NCBI GenBank assembly: GCA_043228905.1
Contig: JBHGNT010000010.1
Coordinates: forward strand, 5,456,001 to 5,520,000
Length of the DNA: 64,000 nucleotides
Direction: 5' to 3'
Source: Azolla caroliniana
Taxonomy: Eukaryota; Plantae; Polypodiophyta
Positions 10,212-24,273 of this stretch are shown here, piece by piece (positions within the stretch are counted from its first letter, which is position 1; every line of letters begins with the position of its first letter). The notes under the pieces are model-generated. The model was not told the origin of the DNA. It worked only from the letters and a program-made list of their open reading frames with translations, and ran no database searches. The position numbers and the translations under genes were made by a program.

Positions 10212-13200
10212 TGTCGCGGTAATCCGAGCGTACGTATCGGATTTGGGTGGGACCACCGGGGTCTTGGACCGGGGAGAGATGGGTTTCCGAAAGGTCGAGT
10301 TCTCCACAACCGGATATGCCGTCAAGACTCCAGCCTGAATGGTTCCGGATGCGACCCGGAGACAACCGATCTAGGCGCGTCCCGAAATACGATCGGGACA
10401 CGTACAGGACGAGCACACGCGTACACGGTACGCACACCCGTTGGCCCTTCGCGAGTCGTATGTACATAAGGCCCTATAGATATTTGTGTATATATATTTA
10501 TACGCATAATAATAAATACACGGACTACAGTCCGGTTCACTGTGCTCGCATGCACGCATGCACGCACGCACACAAACACACATATACTTGGGAAGAGCAA
10601 AACCCCGTCACTCAAACCGAACGCAGACAAAGAGGGGCCCGGGATAGCTCTAAGAGACTCGATACTCAAAAACACCCGACACACACATCCGTGGAGATGA
10701 ACAGAACACCAACGCTTTGCACAAGAAACGCACACAGAAGTTTAAATATATATATATTCGTACAAGACAACGAAATACAACTCTGACCTCGAGCCGGACT
10801 AAGGTCTAAACGGACACGAAGACTCAACCCACACAACGACAAAGAAAAAGAAGAAGAAGACTTAGACGAAACCCTAAAGAAGTAAGAAGTAAAGAGAAAG
10901 TTACCATACCTTGGACCTAAGTGGTATACCCTCCTAACTCAAAATGGACAACCCTTTTACGAGAGACCCCTCCCTCCTTTTATAGTCTAAGGAGGGAAGG
11001 AAGTTACAATGTGGGATAAATTTCCCCTTTTATTTCATACACATTTTCGAATGTACATGTGCACACGGTGCACATTGCCGACCCTTTTTATCTCACCCGG
11101 TTTACTCATTGTGGTCGGTAATCTTCATGACATCCGCCCCCACCAAACCGCACATTCACCGGTATGTACCACAACAAAGTGAAGTGTGAGGGATTCTGGC
11201 CGCTGTGAACAACCGATCTTCCGTAATCCGCACCCTGGTTGCCGTGTCGACCTCCGCCGATCCCAAAACGTCCGCTTCGGTTCCTTCCTTGCGCTTGCCT
11301 CTCCGTAGGCTCGTTCCGACCTCTAGGTGGGTAGTTTGCCACGACCCCTTTCGTACACGTGCTTGCACCTTTGGTCCTTTGATCGACCATATGTACGCCC
11401 TTCGTTTTGTTGTTTTCCTTCTCCGCTCCGAGCTCATCCGGCCTCTCCACCCGGTTAGCCGGTCCCGGTTTCCGGATTCACCCCTTCTCCGGTCCGGTAG
11501 ATATCCCGGATGTCGGTCACGACCCGTCCTTCGTTTTGCGTGGTGTGGATTTCATTCCTCTCGACTGATTGTCGAAGGTTGGACCTTGCCTGCGCCCGTT
11601 TTGATCAACCTTGTCGCACGCCAAACCTCCTGTGCATGCTACTCGTCCCTTGCCCGACCAGATCACGCATCTTCACTTCAACAGTATATCCAGTGTCCTC
11701 CGTGCCCGAGGAACACCCCGTAATGGCCCGCTCGGCCCGCTTGGCCCCCTCGCCCCATCTGCTTGTCACCTCGGGCTTACGCTTGCCACACTAGTCGTTG
11801 CCACTTTGACCAAGACGCCGATGTCTTCAATACATGTGCGGAGGATCCCTCTTTGGCCTCTGATGTCCTTCAGGGCCACCGACCCTTGCAGTCTGTTCCA
11901 CGCTTGACTGTGTGCCATCCTGCCTTTGACTTGCCTTGTGAGAGCCTCTGTCCTCCTTCGCTCGGCACCGCCTGTGCCGAACTCCGGTCTTTCCCCGTGC
12001 TCATACCTCGGCCCTCGATGGCCACACGCACGTCCTTCGTTTCACTTCCAGGTGTGCCCTTTCCGGCTCGGCACACCGCTCTTCACTTGGGTTTCCTTGG
12101 TAGCCTTAGGCATTGCTACCCGTACGGGGATAAACCTTGTCCGTTTTGGCCTACCTGGCCTCCGTTGTCCCCGCGATGCCTTGGTTGCTCGGTGCCTCCG
12201 ATGATACCGCCTTCGTCCCCTCGCCTCCACCTTCCATCTCCTCGGTCTTATGTTGCCACGGCGGCCGAACTGTCGAGGTCTCCGGAACCAGTGTGGAGGA
12301 TCCCTCTCGGGCCTTCTGTCCTTTGAGGCCTACGACCCGCACACCTTGCATGTCCTTCATTTGTTCTTCCGACCCTGCCGATCGGGTCTGTTTCTGGTTT
12401 GTGGCCGCATCGCCGTCCTTATACCTCTTTCCGCTCTTCGGTTCTTGCTTTCTCAGATCTCGTTCACCTGCCGCCACCGTCCATCTCTCTAGGTCTCACG
12501 TTGGCTCTCGAGCCGACTGCCAGAGTCTCCGGATCGGTGTGAGGATCGCCCTATCCACACTTCACCAAATCTTGGTATCCCGTTTACTTGCCGCCACCGT
12601 CCATCTCTCTAGGTCTCACGCCGGCTCTCGGGCCAACTGCCAGAGTCTCCGGATTGGCGCGAGGATCGCCATAGGATCGCCCTTCTAACCCACGCTCCGT
12701 CCTCCGCTTTCATCACTTTGTATTGGCCGTGACCTCTGCGTCCTCGCCGCCACTTTTCCGTCTCTTAGGTCTTCCGTTGGTTGTTGGATGCAACCGCCTA
12801 AGTCTCAGGAACGAGTGTGGAGGACCCATACTTCGGTCAACCGCCTTTACCGTTTCTCCCCATCGTCGTTGATCCCCTCCGTGCTCGCTACTCGTCCCTT
12901 ACAGAACCATATTGCACGCTTCTCGTTCCGCTTTTCATTGTGCACTTCTTCGGTTCAGCACACATTTTCCCCGACTCCCGAGTCAGTCCTCTCTGGTTTG
13001 GTGTCCTCCGCATCCTTCAATAACGTTGTTCCGCTATGAGGAACACCTTCTTCACCCAATTGGCCCACGTGGCCTCTGTTGTTCTCCGCATTTCGGCCCG
13101 GTTTCGGACGAACGATCCATGCTCGGATCGTGCTCCATCTGAATCAAAATGCCGACCGGATCGACTCCTGGTTAGGCCGACATCCAACTACGCTCCTTTC

Positions 13201-13699
13201 GGTGCCGCCTCTCGTTTCTATATTTCGCTCCGCCGCGGCTCTGTCCTTGGCCTTCCTGTTGGCCATCTCCAATCCATCTTTGTTGGCATCATGCAAGGAC
13301 TCCTCGCTGCCACCTTCCAACTCTCCGGTCTCATGTCGACACCCGGGCTCGACTGCCGAAGTCTCCGAAATCAGTGTGGAGGGATCTTCTTTGCATTCAT
13401 CTTTGATCGCGCAAGCCCCGCCTGGGCTGGCTTCTCCAATGTCCGGAATTTCGGGAAACGGTGCCCGAAACCACTAGTCTCTTTCCAAGCCCGCGATCGT
13501 TATCTCCCCGAATCTAATCTTATCCTTGGTCGGTCTTTCTCCGCAAGTCGAGAAGGTGTCACGCTCTGCACCCTCTCCCGTCGTACCGTCCTTCAGCCTC
13601 GACATGGGCCACGTCTACCTCGTCCGGAAGGCCGACTAGCTCTGGATCCCTGGAATCCGACCACAGGCCGGTTATCTCCTCTTCCTCGATCATAGCCTT

Positions 13700-14402
13700 C
13701 AGAGCCTGTACGCTTCCCAGACTAGGGCCTCGACATTTCCTGTTGTTAAGACGCGTTGTCGCGCGTTATCTTACCTTTACCTTTCGCAAAGCACTCCTCA
13801 TCCAACCGTCAGCATACTTGTTCAACTTCCGACCAGTCCTCGGTAAGGCCATTCGCTCCGTCGTCATCTTCAAGCTCGATTCCAATGGCCTCCCTTTCTG
13901 CTCTATCAATCGACCTAACGAACAACAGGACTTTGTCCACCCCCACCAGTCTTTGTTCCTGCTCTGGGAGCCGACTAAAGCGCCACTCGAACTCTTGGAA
14001 CGCCTTCATTGTGCCCCGTTGGGTCTTCACCGATACAATCCACTAGTCGAAGTCGCATCATCCTCGGCTCTTTGACCGTCCTCCGTATGCCTACAGGAGC
14101 ACCTCTTCGAATGTCTCCCATAAACTATGAGCTTCTCGGAGCTCCTTTACTTCCGCATGCATATGGATGACGACGACCCAACAGAAGAACTCCAACCTCA
14201 ACACCTTGTCTATGTCTCGCACCTCCATTTCCGTGTTGTAGGCTTCCAAGTAGAATGGGACTTTGTCCCAGTTGAAACAACCGACTCTTTCGACCACTTG
14301 CTCAATAGCTTGTTGTGCCGCTTCTCGTCTCATCGTCACTCGTTCGAACTCCATCAACACATCGGCCACCATCTCCGCGAATTCTTCGTCTTCCAACTCC
14401 AT
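13700..14402 (-). pseudogene. gag-like N-terminal region, frameshifted
   Basis: ORFs 14091-14402 and 13809-14030 (FYLEAYNTEMEVRDI; FQEFEWRFSRL...DKVLLFV) resemble the gag of the 16529-40695 element (YMEAYRPEMMMRDI; LQEFEKL; RKVLMFEK). Confidence 0.7.
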
Positions 14403-14417
14403 CCTACCTTCCGCCCT

Positions 14418-14435
14418 TTCACGTCGGGTTCACCA
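14418..14435 (-). promoter_or_regulatory. Primer-binding site complementary to the 3' end of tRNA-Trp
   Basis: The plus strand reads TTCACGTCGGGTTCACCA, matching the 3' 18 nt of plant cytosolic tRNA-Trp including CCA (recalled sequence). It lies 4 nt from the LTR. Confidence 0.85.
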
Positions 14436-14778
14436 AATATGATGCGGTAATCCGCGTGTACGTGTCAGATCCGGGTGGGACCACCGGGGTCTTGGACTGG
14501 GGAGAGATGGGTTTCTTGAAGTTCGAGTTCTCCAGAGCCAGATATGTTGTCGAGACTCCAGCCGGAATGGTTCCGGATGTGACCCGGAGACAACCGATCC
14601 GGGCGCATCCCGAAATACGACCATGACGCGTAGAGGACGAGCACGCGCGTACACGGTATGGACATCCGCTGGCCCTTCGCGAGCCGTATGTACAGAAGGC
14701 CCGATAGATATTTGCGTATATATATTTATATGCATAATATTAAATACATGGACTACGACCCGGTTCACTGTGCTCGCA

Positions 14779-14809
<31 letters not shown>

Positions 14810-14970
14810 GGACATGGGATCAGCAAAACCCCGACACTCAAACCGAACGCAGACAAAGAGGGGCCTGGGATAGCGCTCTGAGACCCGACACTCAAAAACA
14901 CCCGGCACACGCACCCGTGGAGATTCATGAATAGAACATCAACGTTTTGCACAGAAAACGCACACAGAAG

Positions 14971-15007
<37 letters not shown>

Positions 15008-15392
15008 GTACAAGACAACGAAATACAACTCTAACCTCGAGCCGGACTAAGGTCTAAATGGACACGAAGACTCAACCTACACAACAACGAAGAAGAAGAA
15101 GAAGATGAAGAAGAAGACCTAGACGAAACCCTAAAGAAGTGAGAAGTAAGTAAAGAGAAAGCTACCATACCTTGGACCTAAGTGGTATACCCTCCTAACT
15201 CAAAATGGGCAACCCTTTTACAAGAGACCCTTCCTCCTTTTATAGTCCAAGGAGGGAAGGATGTTACAATGTGGGATAAATTTCCCCTTTTATTTCATAC
15301 ACATTTTCGAATGTACATGTGCACACGGTGCACATTGCCGACCCTTTCTATCTCACCCGGTTTTCTCACTGTGGCCGGGAATCTTCACGACA

Positions 15393-16528
15393 ACATGTTT
15401 TTGAACCATGGATTTAACTAAGATGGTAGAGCATTTGCTTCACATGCGAGAGGGGGATCGATACCCCGCTTCTCCAATTGTGTTACCCCACTCGCATGGG
15501 AGCATAATGATCATGGAGTTTGACCTATCGAATCCATCTTATATGAAAATTGGAGCATAGTGACCAAGGACATCTTATATGCAAATTGGAGCATAGTGAC
15601 CAAGGACATCTTATATGCAAATTGGAGCATAGTGACCAAGGACATATCAGATCCTCCTTTCAATTTCAAGAATATAACTGCTTCTGCAATTGTGTTATCT
15701 TGATACGTTGCGTCTCCGATTACTTCATTTGTTGTTGAACCTGAATTGAAGATATTTGCATTAACATTAAAAGCTATGCAAGACAGGGGATGTAGCTCAA
15801 ATTGTAGAGCGCTCGCTTCGCATGCGAGAGGTACGATGATTGATACCCCGTTTCTCCAATTGGATTATCTTGATATGTTGCGTCAAGTTTGATTGCTTCA
15901 CGTGTTGTTGAATCGTGGATTGAAGGCCTCAGCATTAAAAACATGCATGGCAAGGGATGCAGCTCAAATGGTGGAGTGCTCGCTTCGCATGCGAGAGGTA
16001 CATGGATCGATACCTTGCTTCTCCAATTGTGTCACCCCATTTCCCATTGCAACATAATGATCATGGATATATTGGATCCATCTTATATGCATGTTGGAGC
16101 ATAATCACCTTGGACATATCGTATCCTCCTTTTATTTTCATGAATAGAATCACTTCTTCAATTTTGCAGGGATTGATACCACGCTTCTCCAATTGTGTTA
16201 CCCCACTTCGCATTGGAGCATTATGATCATCGACATATTGGATCCATCTTATATTCATATGGGAGCATAGTGACCATGGACATATCGGATCCTCCGTTCA
16301 ATTTCATGAATATAACCGCTTATCCAATTCTGTTATCTTGATACATTGCGTCTCAGATTGCTTCAAGTATTATTGAACCTAGGTTACCTCGGCATTAACG
16401 AGCATTCAAGATAGGGGATGTATCTCAAATTTTAGACCTTTCGCTTTGCATGTGAGAGGTACGGGGATCGATACCCCACTTCTCCAATTGTATTATCTTG
16501 ATACGTTGTGTCTTTGATTGCTTCATGT
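15393..16528 (+). repeat. tRNA-Ala-derived tandem array, block 3
   Basis: Units at ~15415 (5'-deleted), 15786, 15953 and 16414. A stub lies near 16167 and a 36-bp triplication at 15550-15645. Confidence 0.93.
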
Positions 16529-17306
16529 TGTCGTCGAAATCCACGTGTGCGTGTCGGATAAGGCAGGACCACGGGGGACTTGGAGTAGGGAGTAAAGGGG
16601 GAAGATCAATGTGTGAATATTGACAAGAGAAAGAGAAAGACCGAGACAAGATTCATCTAGCTAATTCCATTATAGGGCATGAAAGCCACATTACAATTTA
16701 CAATCGTGGCCGTATCAGCCGGCCTCAAGCTCAACTAGAAGAAAACCAAACCGAATAGGAAGAAAAATAAGAAGAAATAAACCCTAATCAATAGAAGAAA
16801 ATGATAGAGAGCGGAAACTAGAACCAAACCCTTAAAACGAAAATAGGGATAAGAGAAAGAAGAACTAAAACCATAAGGGTCTACCTCCAACGACAAAATG
16901 GTGATGCATACGCAACACAGAGAAAGCAATCGGATACAATGAATCGAAATAGATTATGCAAAGAAGAGTACAACCGAACCTGCCCGGTATCAGAGAGAGT
17001 TGGGAACTCAAACCGACAGCACTTTGTCCTCTCAAATCGTGGATCCCTCAAACACTATCAAACCTCCCCTTTTATGTAGCAAGGGGAGGCCCTTACATCA
17101 CCATAAATCCATCCGCTTTCGGGCAGAGATTTCCCTCGATTTCCTCCATCGGATATTATTCTTATTTGCTATGCGTGTGGCCTTAAAGTACCTATCGAAT
17201 CACTCCTACCTAGTATTCCTCAATACTTAAACAAACACTAACTTATTTACACATGATTGTACAAAGACATTTCGAGTGCATCAATGCACACCCTGTTCAC
17301 ACGCTC

Positions 17307-18296
17307 TCAATACACCTTTTCCCCTAGTAGTCGAAGTTCCTCATGACATCCACCCCCACTAAACCGCACATCCATCGGCATGTGCCACGTACTAAAGTGA
17401 TGGTGATTCCGGCTTACTCTTAACTCCTCCTTCCCTAATCTGTCATTGGTCCGGTCTTCATCCAACTCGTCACCCTCGTCTTCAATCTCCGGATCTGGAT
17501 CCGCTTCATGCTGTTTCTTGAAGGCCTTAGTCCATTTCCCCGCAACTGGCGTTGAAATTCTCGTTCCGTCTAGCTCCGCAAGGTGATATGTGGCATTGTC
17601 GTTGGCACTTCTTACCACATAGGGCCCGAACCACCATCGTGTGAATTTCCAGGTTGACCGGTGCTGATTGTCGAGGTTGTTGTAGTATACTAGCACCCAG
17701 TCACCTTCCTCAATCTTCCTTGGCTGAAGCTGGTGGGTTCGGTCAAATTGGCGATTGTTTTTCTTCCACGCCTCCTTTGTTCTCGTTGTCGCTCGTTCGA
17801 CGTCCTCCGATCTTCGCTCGAGATGTCGAATCCATGCCCCCAACAGGTCCTCTCTGCTCATATCCTCCGCTCCACGGGCATGATCGGTTTTTTGCCCGAA
17901 CATATGTTCCACCAACATGTACCCGATTACCAAACTGTGCGTAGTCCGGTCGGCCCACGATGCGTAAGGTAGTAGCCTCGGCCACTTTCCAACTTGACCA
18001 TTGCATGCTCCTACTATAACCTTGAAGATCATCCCATGCCCTCGCTCGACCTTCCCGTTCGCCTCCAGATTGTACGCAGTCGTGAGGGATAGCTTGACCC
18101 CTAGCCGGTCATATAGCTTCTCAGCTTCTTGCGTGTCCAACTCCACTTGATCGGCTACCATCTTTCCCACGTATCCATACCAGCAAATCACATCCTCAAT
18201 CAGGAAATGGCAAACCGTGGCAGTCGTCTTATTCGTTAAAGCCCGGCCCTCCACCTGGTTCGTCAGATCTTCCCTTGCAAACACTAGGTACCGCAT
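17307..18296 (-). pseudogene. Gypsy integrase core and GPY/F C-terminus, no chromodomain
   Basis: TTAYNLEANGKVERGH and GDWVLVY...WFGPYVV...YHLAELDG. Confidence 0.85.
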
Positions 18297-19133
18297 CTAT
18301 CCTACCCCCATCGTTACTAAATCGACCATCCACTTGAAGTAAATAGTTGGCGGGTAGGTTAGGTGGAACTCGTTGCAGTGCCAGATTCCGGAATGCATCT
18401 GACAGCTTTCACATGTTGTCACGAAGTGATGCGCATCACGATACGTCCCTGGCCACCAATACTTCTCCTTCAGCTTCTTGAATGTGGCCCACGTTCTCTG
18501 GTGTCCGTACCAGGGGCTTTCGTGACATATCTTACCGTTCTATAGGAAGAACCAGTAAGCCTTCTTCCGGATCCGGTTTGTTTTGTCTTTCGTCCATGCC
18601 TCATCTGGCCCCAACATGCTTAGAAACTTACCAATCTGGAGCCATTCCCCATCATAGTCATTCTTGTCGAACTCGCTTATGGCCAGAGTGCTCTGCTTGT
18701 TCGTCGACATTCCAGCCGACTCGAAGAAATGCACGCCGAACTCTTTGTCTTCCAACACCATGCCATCCTCGTTCTCAAACATTGCTCTTGAAAGCATATC
18801 GGCCATGGTGTTGTCCTTTCCAGAGATGTTTTATATCTCTAGATTTAGGGACTTGATGTATGGGATCCACTTGTGCATCACCAGGTCCGGAGTCGCGCAT
18901 CTGGAAACCATACTGAGAATCGATAGGCAATCCATCTCGATTATCACTTCTGTCCCGATTAAGTAGTCTATATCGGCCTTGACCGCCGAAATGATACCCT
19001 ATACTTTGCGTTTAACCTGGGCGTATCCTCATTGCCACTTGCTCAGCACCTTTGCACCGAACCGGGTGGGGAACCGTGCACCGTCCTCGTCTTCATAATT
19101 AACCACCCATCTTATTCCCGTCTGACTCGTATC

Positions 19134-19241
19134 TGTCAGGAATAGTACTAAAACAGAGAGAGAATTAGTACTAGAGAAGGGAAGTATTATTAGTACTAAG
19201 AGGAAAGACTGCGTAAGACTCACGAGAGAGAGATAGCGAAG

Positions 19242-19290
<49 letters not shown>

Positions 19291-22200
19291 ATGATAACAA
19301 ATGATATATATATTATGTGAAGAGTAAGTATAATATGAGGCTTAAGACTAGCGTTGAAACCAATTTGGTTCGAAATAATGCCTTGTGCCTCTTTTTATAG
19401 TGTTCTCAGGAATAGTCCTAAAGCTTCTAGAATGTTCTAGAGAAATCTGGAATGTACAATAATTTTCTATAGTAAAACTTAATTGAAAATAATATACTAC
19501 ATATTACAATAGATAATGTAATGGTCATGAGCTCGACCCATATAGCATAAGGTTATGGGTTCGAGTCTTGCCATCTCATGACACTATCGCCCCCCTTAAC
19601 ATGACGAATGTCACGAGTCGGTGTTGATTGTGGACCGGGTTTGTATGGAAAACCGGATGTATCTGAAGATGCGGAGGAAAATCAAGGCGGAACGTGACAT
19701 CATTAATCTTTCCGGTAATTAGGAAAGGACCGAGTCGACGATAATCCAATTTGTCACACGGTCAAGTTGTCTTGATGTGACGATGTAAGAACCATACTCG
19801 ATCTCTGATGGCAAAAGCGGAGGGAAGCCGATGACGATATGCATAAGTCTTCTGAGTGTGTTGAGCATGACGAAGATGAGTAGATAGATCCGTCTGAATC
19901 TTGCGTAGCCTCTCCAAATGATCCCCGGCACGAGGATTGGTAGGTAGCTCCGGAATGTCGATCATAGACCAGCGAGAATGGGAACCGACATAAGCGTAAA
20001 ATGGCGAGACCCGAGTCGAGGAGTGAATAGCATTGTTATACGCAAACTCTGCAAAGTGGAGAATATAAGCCCAATCGTCTTGTTGATAACTCAGAAAACA
20101 CCGAAGATATTGTTCCAGCGTTTGATTCGTTCATTCCGCTTGCCCATCGGTTTGGGGATGGTAGCCGGAGGAGAGGTTGCAAGAGACCTTGAGCATCTTG
20201 AAGAGATGCTTCCAAATTTTGGAGAAAAATTGAGGTCCTCGGTCCTGATGATACTGTCTGGGAGGCCATGATGCCGAAATACCTCACGCATGACAAGGGT
20301 TATGGTTTCCTCACTAGTGATGGCCTTAGTACAAGGCACAAAATGTGCCATCTTAGTATATCGATTGACGACGGTTAAGATAGCATCAAAACGGTTAAGA
20401 TAGCATCGAAACCCTTCGAGACTGGAAGATCTGTGATAAAATCAAGAAAAGAGGATTGCCACGGGTTACTTGGAATTGGTAAGGATTCCAACAAGTCATA
20501 TGGACGATGTCGTGGCATCTTTGCTTGGCAACAAGCATCACAAGTCTGAACGTAGTCGTCGACAAAATGTCACATATGGGGCCACCAAAAGGATCGTCAA
20601 ACTAGATCCAACGTCTTAGTACTACCGAAATGTCGAGTTGTATGGGTGTTGTGACAATTTTGGACGATTTGAAGGCGACAAGAGCAATCGGGAACATACA
20701 CGAGCTTTTTAAAGAATAATAAACCATCATGATATTCAAATTGTCGGTAGTCCATACCTGGTTGTTGAGACTGGGAATAGGATGCCTGAGAGGCATCAAT
20801 TTGCGCTAGAATGGCTTGAGCAAAACTATCCGTCTTGAAGTTGGCACGTATGGCATCGATAATCCAGGAATCCAATGGAGTGTGAAAATTCCGCGTTGTG
20901 TGCAAATGTGTTGGTCCCAAGGTTACCTGCTTTTGATATCAAATGTTGGATCACCCAGACGAGGTGCAAGATATGAATGTCGTGATAGTGCATTTGCTTT
21001 TCCTTGCTGCTTCCCCGGCCGATATGTGATTTTGAAGTCAAACAGCGTGAGGAATTGGGCCCACCGAGCTTGCTGTCGATTTAGTACACAAGCGTTCTGG
21101 AAGTAAGCAAGATTTTTGTGATCATTGAAGACGATGACCTGATGAGGAGAGCCCTCTAAGAAGTGCCACCATTGCACAAACGAATCCACGATGGCTAATA
21201 ACTCCTTGTCATGTATCTCGTAGTTAATTTCCCCGGCATCAAATTTGCGTGAGTGGAAAGCCACAGGATGTAACTTTTCTTTATCTCCTTGTTGTGAAAG
21301 GATGCTATCGAGGGCGAAATCCGATGCGTCGGCCTCCATGATGAATGGTTTGTTTGTATCCACATGAGCTAGAATAGGAGCTAATGTAAACGCTTTCTTA
21401 AGATGCATAAAAGCCATGTCCGCTTCATTGGACCAAAGAAATGATTGTCCCTTCTTGGTGAGTTGTGTGAGAGGTAAAATAATCTTTGAGTAATCTTGTA
21501 TAAACTTGCGGTAGAAGTTAGCAAAGCCTAGGAAACATTGCACATCTCGTAACGAACATGGAGTTTGCCACTCTAGCACAGTTTGGACTTTAGCTAGATC
21601 CATGGAGATGCCTTTTGAGGAGATGACGTAGCCCAGAAATTCCACTTGCTTGCAGTCAAAGCTACATTTTTCTAGTTTGGCATAAAGACCATGCTCTCGG
21701 AGTCATTTTAGTACTAATAAATAGTACATGAGAATCATGCTCTTCCTGGATCTTCGAATAAATCAATAGATCATCCAAATAGATGATCAAACAGATATCC
21801 AAGAGATCTCTGAATATATCATTTGCCATGTGTTGGAAGACTGCCGGCGCATTGGTTAGACCGAACGGCATAACGGTATACTCGAAGTGCCCATATTGGG
21901 TGCAAAAAGTGGTCTTCCATTCGTCTCCCGGTCGGATCCCCACGATGTTATATGCTCCTCGTAAGTCGATTGTTGTAAAAAACTTGACACCATTTACACG
22001 TTCTAATAGACTTGATATAAGGGGAAGTGCATACCTATTCCGAATGGTGACCTTATTCAAGCCGCGGTAAATAACGACGAGACGAAGGGATCCATCTTTC
22101 TTTTTGACAAAGAAAATAGGTGCACCGGCCGGAGATTTCGAATGACGAATAAACCCTCTTGCCAAATTCTCTTCTATGTAGGCTCGAAGGATTTCCAACT

Positions 22201-23923
22201 CGGTTGGTGACAAATTGTAAATCGGTCCCAGACTTCTCTTGTTCTCCAATCTATGTCTGGATTATGTACTTCAAACCAAGATAATCCAAACACACAAAGC
22301 TATCTAGGACAACATGAATGGGTTCTGACTCTTCTACGATATTCCCAGAAGCAATGGGATGACCATCAATGACTACTACAAATGCAGGGCAAGGAAGTTT
22401 TCTTAAGGATATCTAAGAAACTTGGGCAAAATTCCGATCCATGAAACAGGAATTCGCTCCGGAATCTAAAAGTGCTAAGACATGTACTAGAGGGGTACTT
22501 TTAGTACTAATCATGACTTGGGCTAAGAACACATTGCTAACTTACTTAGAGGGAATGGAACCACTAATGGGCTACACAAATCTAGGGCTGTCCAACCAAA
22601 CAACTCCTATTTTGGCTGGACTTAGACATTTAACTCTTCCTCTAATTGACTAAGGATTTCAAATTTGTTTGAGATACTATCAGACACTATTAATACTATC
22701 AGACACTCCTAAGGGAATTGACTCGGGTTTAGTACAGGCTACAATTTGATTTACTTGTCTTCTTGGCCTATGGGGACAGTTGATGGCGATATGCCCTGGT
22801 TCATCACAATAAAGACATAATCGATTGGCATGTCGTCGTTGCTTTTCTTCTTTCGATAATGGGCCACATCGACGCATGGTGTTGATCTCCATCGACATCA
22901 GAGTATTTGCCTGAGATCCATCTCATGCAACCGGTTTAGCTGCGACTGAGGCGTATGTGGGCTCTGGCCTAGTCCATGGCATTTGAAATTGACATTCCGA
23001 ACGTCATTCGAAAAGGCGGTTGTCGCATCGGACCGCTCGATTGATTGCCTTTGTAAGAGATTTTGGTTCTTCGGGAAAGGTTAAAAGTAAATCTTTGACG
23101 TCGTTTCACAAGTCATAGCGGAACTGCTCCATTAGTGCTTGATCATCCCAGGGGATGTCTGAGGCAAGTAGACGGAAATCTGTTGCGTAGGCAGAGGCTG
23201 GACGATCGCCTTGACGCAATCGTCAGATTTTGTTGATCGTCATACTGATGTTGTCAGTATCTCCAAAGCAGGCTTTAAACTCGCTAATAAAGTCTTCAAA
23301 GTTATTAAGGGAGATTGTTTTTCCAAAAGCGGAGCGAACCATGCCAAGGCTAAGCCTCTAAGCAACATGCCTATTAGGCCTACAAGGGATGCATCAATGG
23401 GGTATCGGGATGGATGCATTTGCATGACTAGGCGTGCCTGATTAAGGAATCCTTTGAATTGTGAGCGCGTTCCATCGAATTTCACAAGAAGACCAATCTT
23501 GGGCTCTTTATGAAGTCCTTGGGGACTTGATCCTTGTTGTTGTAACGCTACAATGGTTGCTTCGAGTTGTTGTACGCATAACGCTAACTCCCCATGTTGC
23601 TATTGCAACTCCCCATCTTGTTGCTGCATTTGCTGTTTTTCTAAAGCAATTTGTTGAAGATCCCCTAACAATCGTTGGTTTTCTTGTTCCAATGCAACGA
23701 ATTTTTCTTTTAGACACTGTAGCTCGGAAAAAACGGATTGATATTTCTGGGCGCTAATAGTAGCCATAGTATTGGAAAAAGGGGTAAGAGGATAAGGGAA
23801 ACCGAAAAGAAGACCAGAGGGAAATTTTGGTTCAAACTGTCAGGAATAGTACTAAAACAAAGAGAGAATTAGTACTAGAGAAGGGAAGTACTATTACTAC
23901 TAAGAGGATAGACTGCGTAAGAC

Positions 23924-23974
<51 letters not shown>

Positions 23975-24268
23975 ATGATAGCAGATGATATATTATGTGA
24001 AGAGTAAGTACAAAATAGCTATGAGGCTTAAGACTGGCGTTCAACCAATTTGGTTAGAAATAATGCCTTGGGCCTCTTTTTATAGTGTTCTCAGGAATAG
24101 TCCTGAAGCTTCTAGAATGTTCTAGAGAAATCTAGAATATACAATAATTTTCTATAGTAAAACTTAAATGAAAATAATATCCTACATATTAGAATAGATA
24201 ATGTAATGGTCAAGAGCTCGACCTATATAACATAACATTATGGGTTCGAGTCTTGGCATATCATGACA
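19134..24268 (-). mobile_element. Tcn1-like chromovirus (Gypsy) copy A, decayed, chromodomain deleted
   Basis: LTRs at 19134-19583 and 23838-24268. 5-bp [35 protein letters not shown]...YLDD (21662-22249) and RNase H DASDFA...NYEIHDKELLAIV (20923-21645). Gag zinc knuckle CLYCDEPGHIAINC. The host reading frame rejoins across the insertion. Confidence 0.92.
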
Positions 24269-24273
24269 GTATC

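Larger units (their letters stand above)
10212..15392 (-). mobile_element. Non-autonomous (gag-only) LTR retrotransposon, tRNA-Trp primed
   Basis: LTRs at 10212-11132 and 14440-15392 (TG...CA). PPT complement TCCGCCCCCACC at 11133. PBS at 14418-14435. 4-bp TSD ACGT/ACAT. No RT or integrase motifs are visible internally. Confidence 0.9.

Noticed and set aside
11205-13695. Many overlapping plus-strand ORFs of 100-220 aa
   Set aside because: They lie on the GC-rich antisense strand of a retroelement interior and show no recognisable domains.
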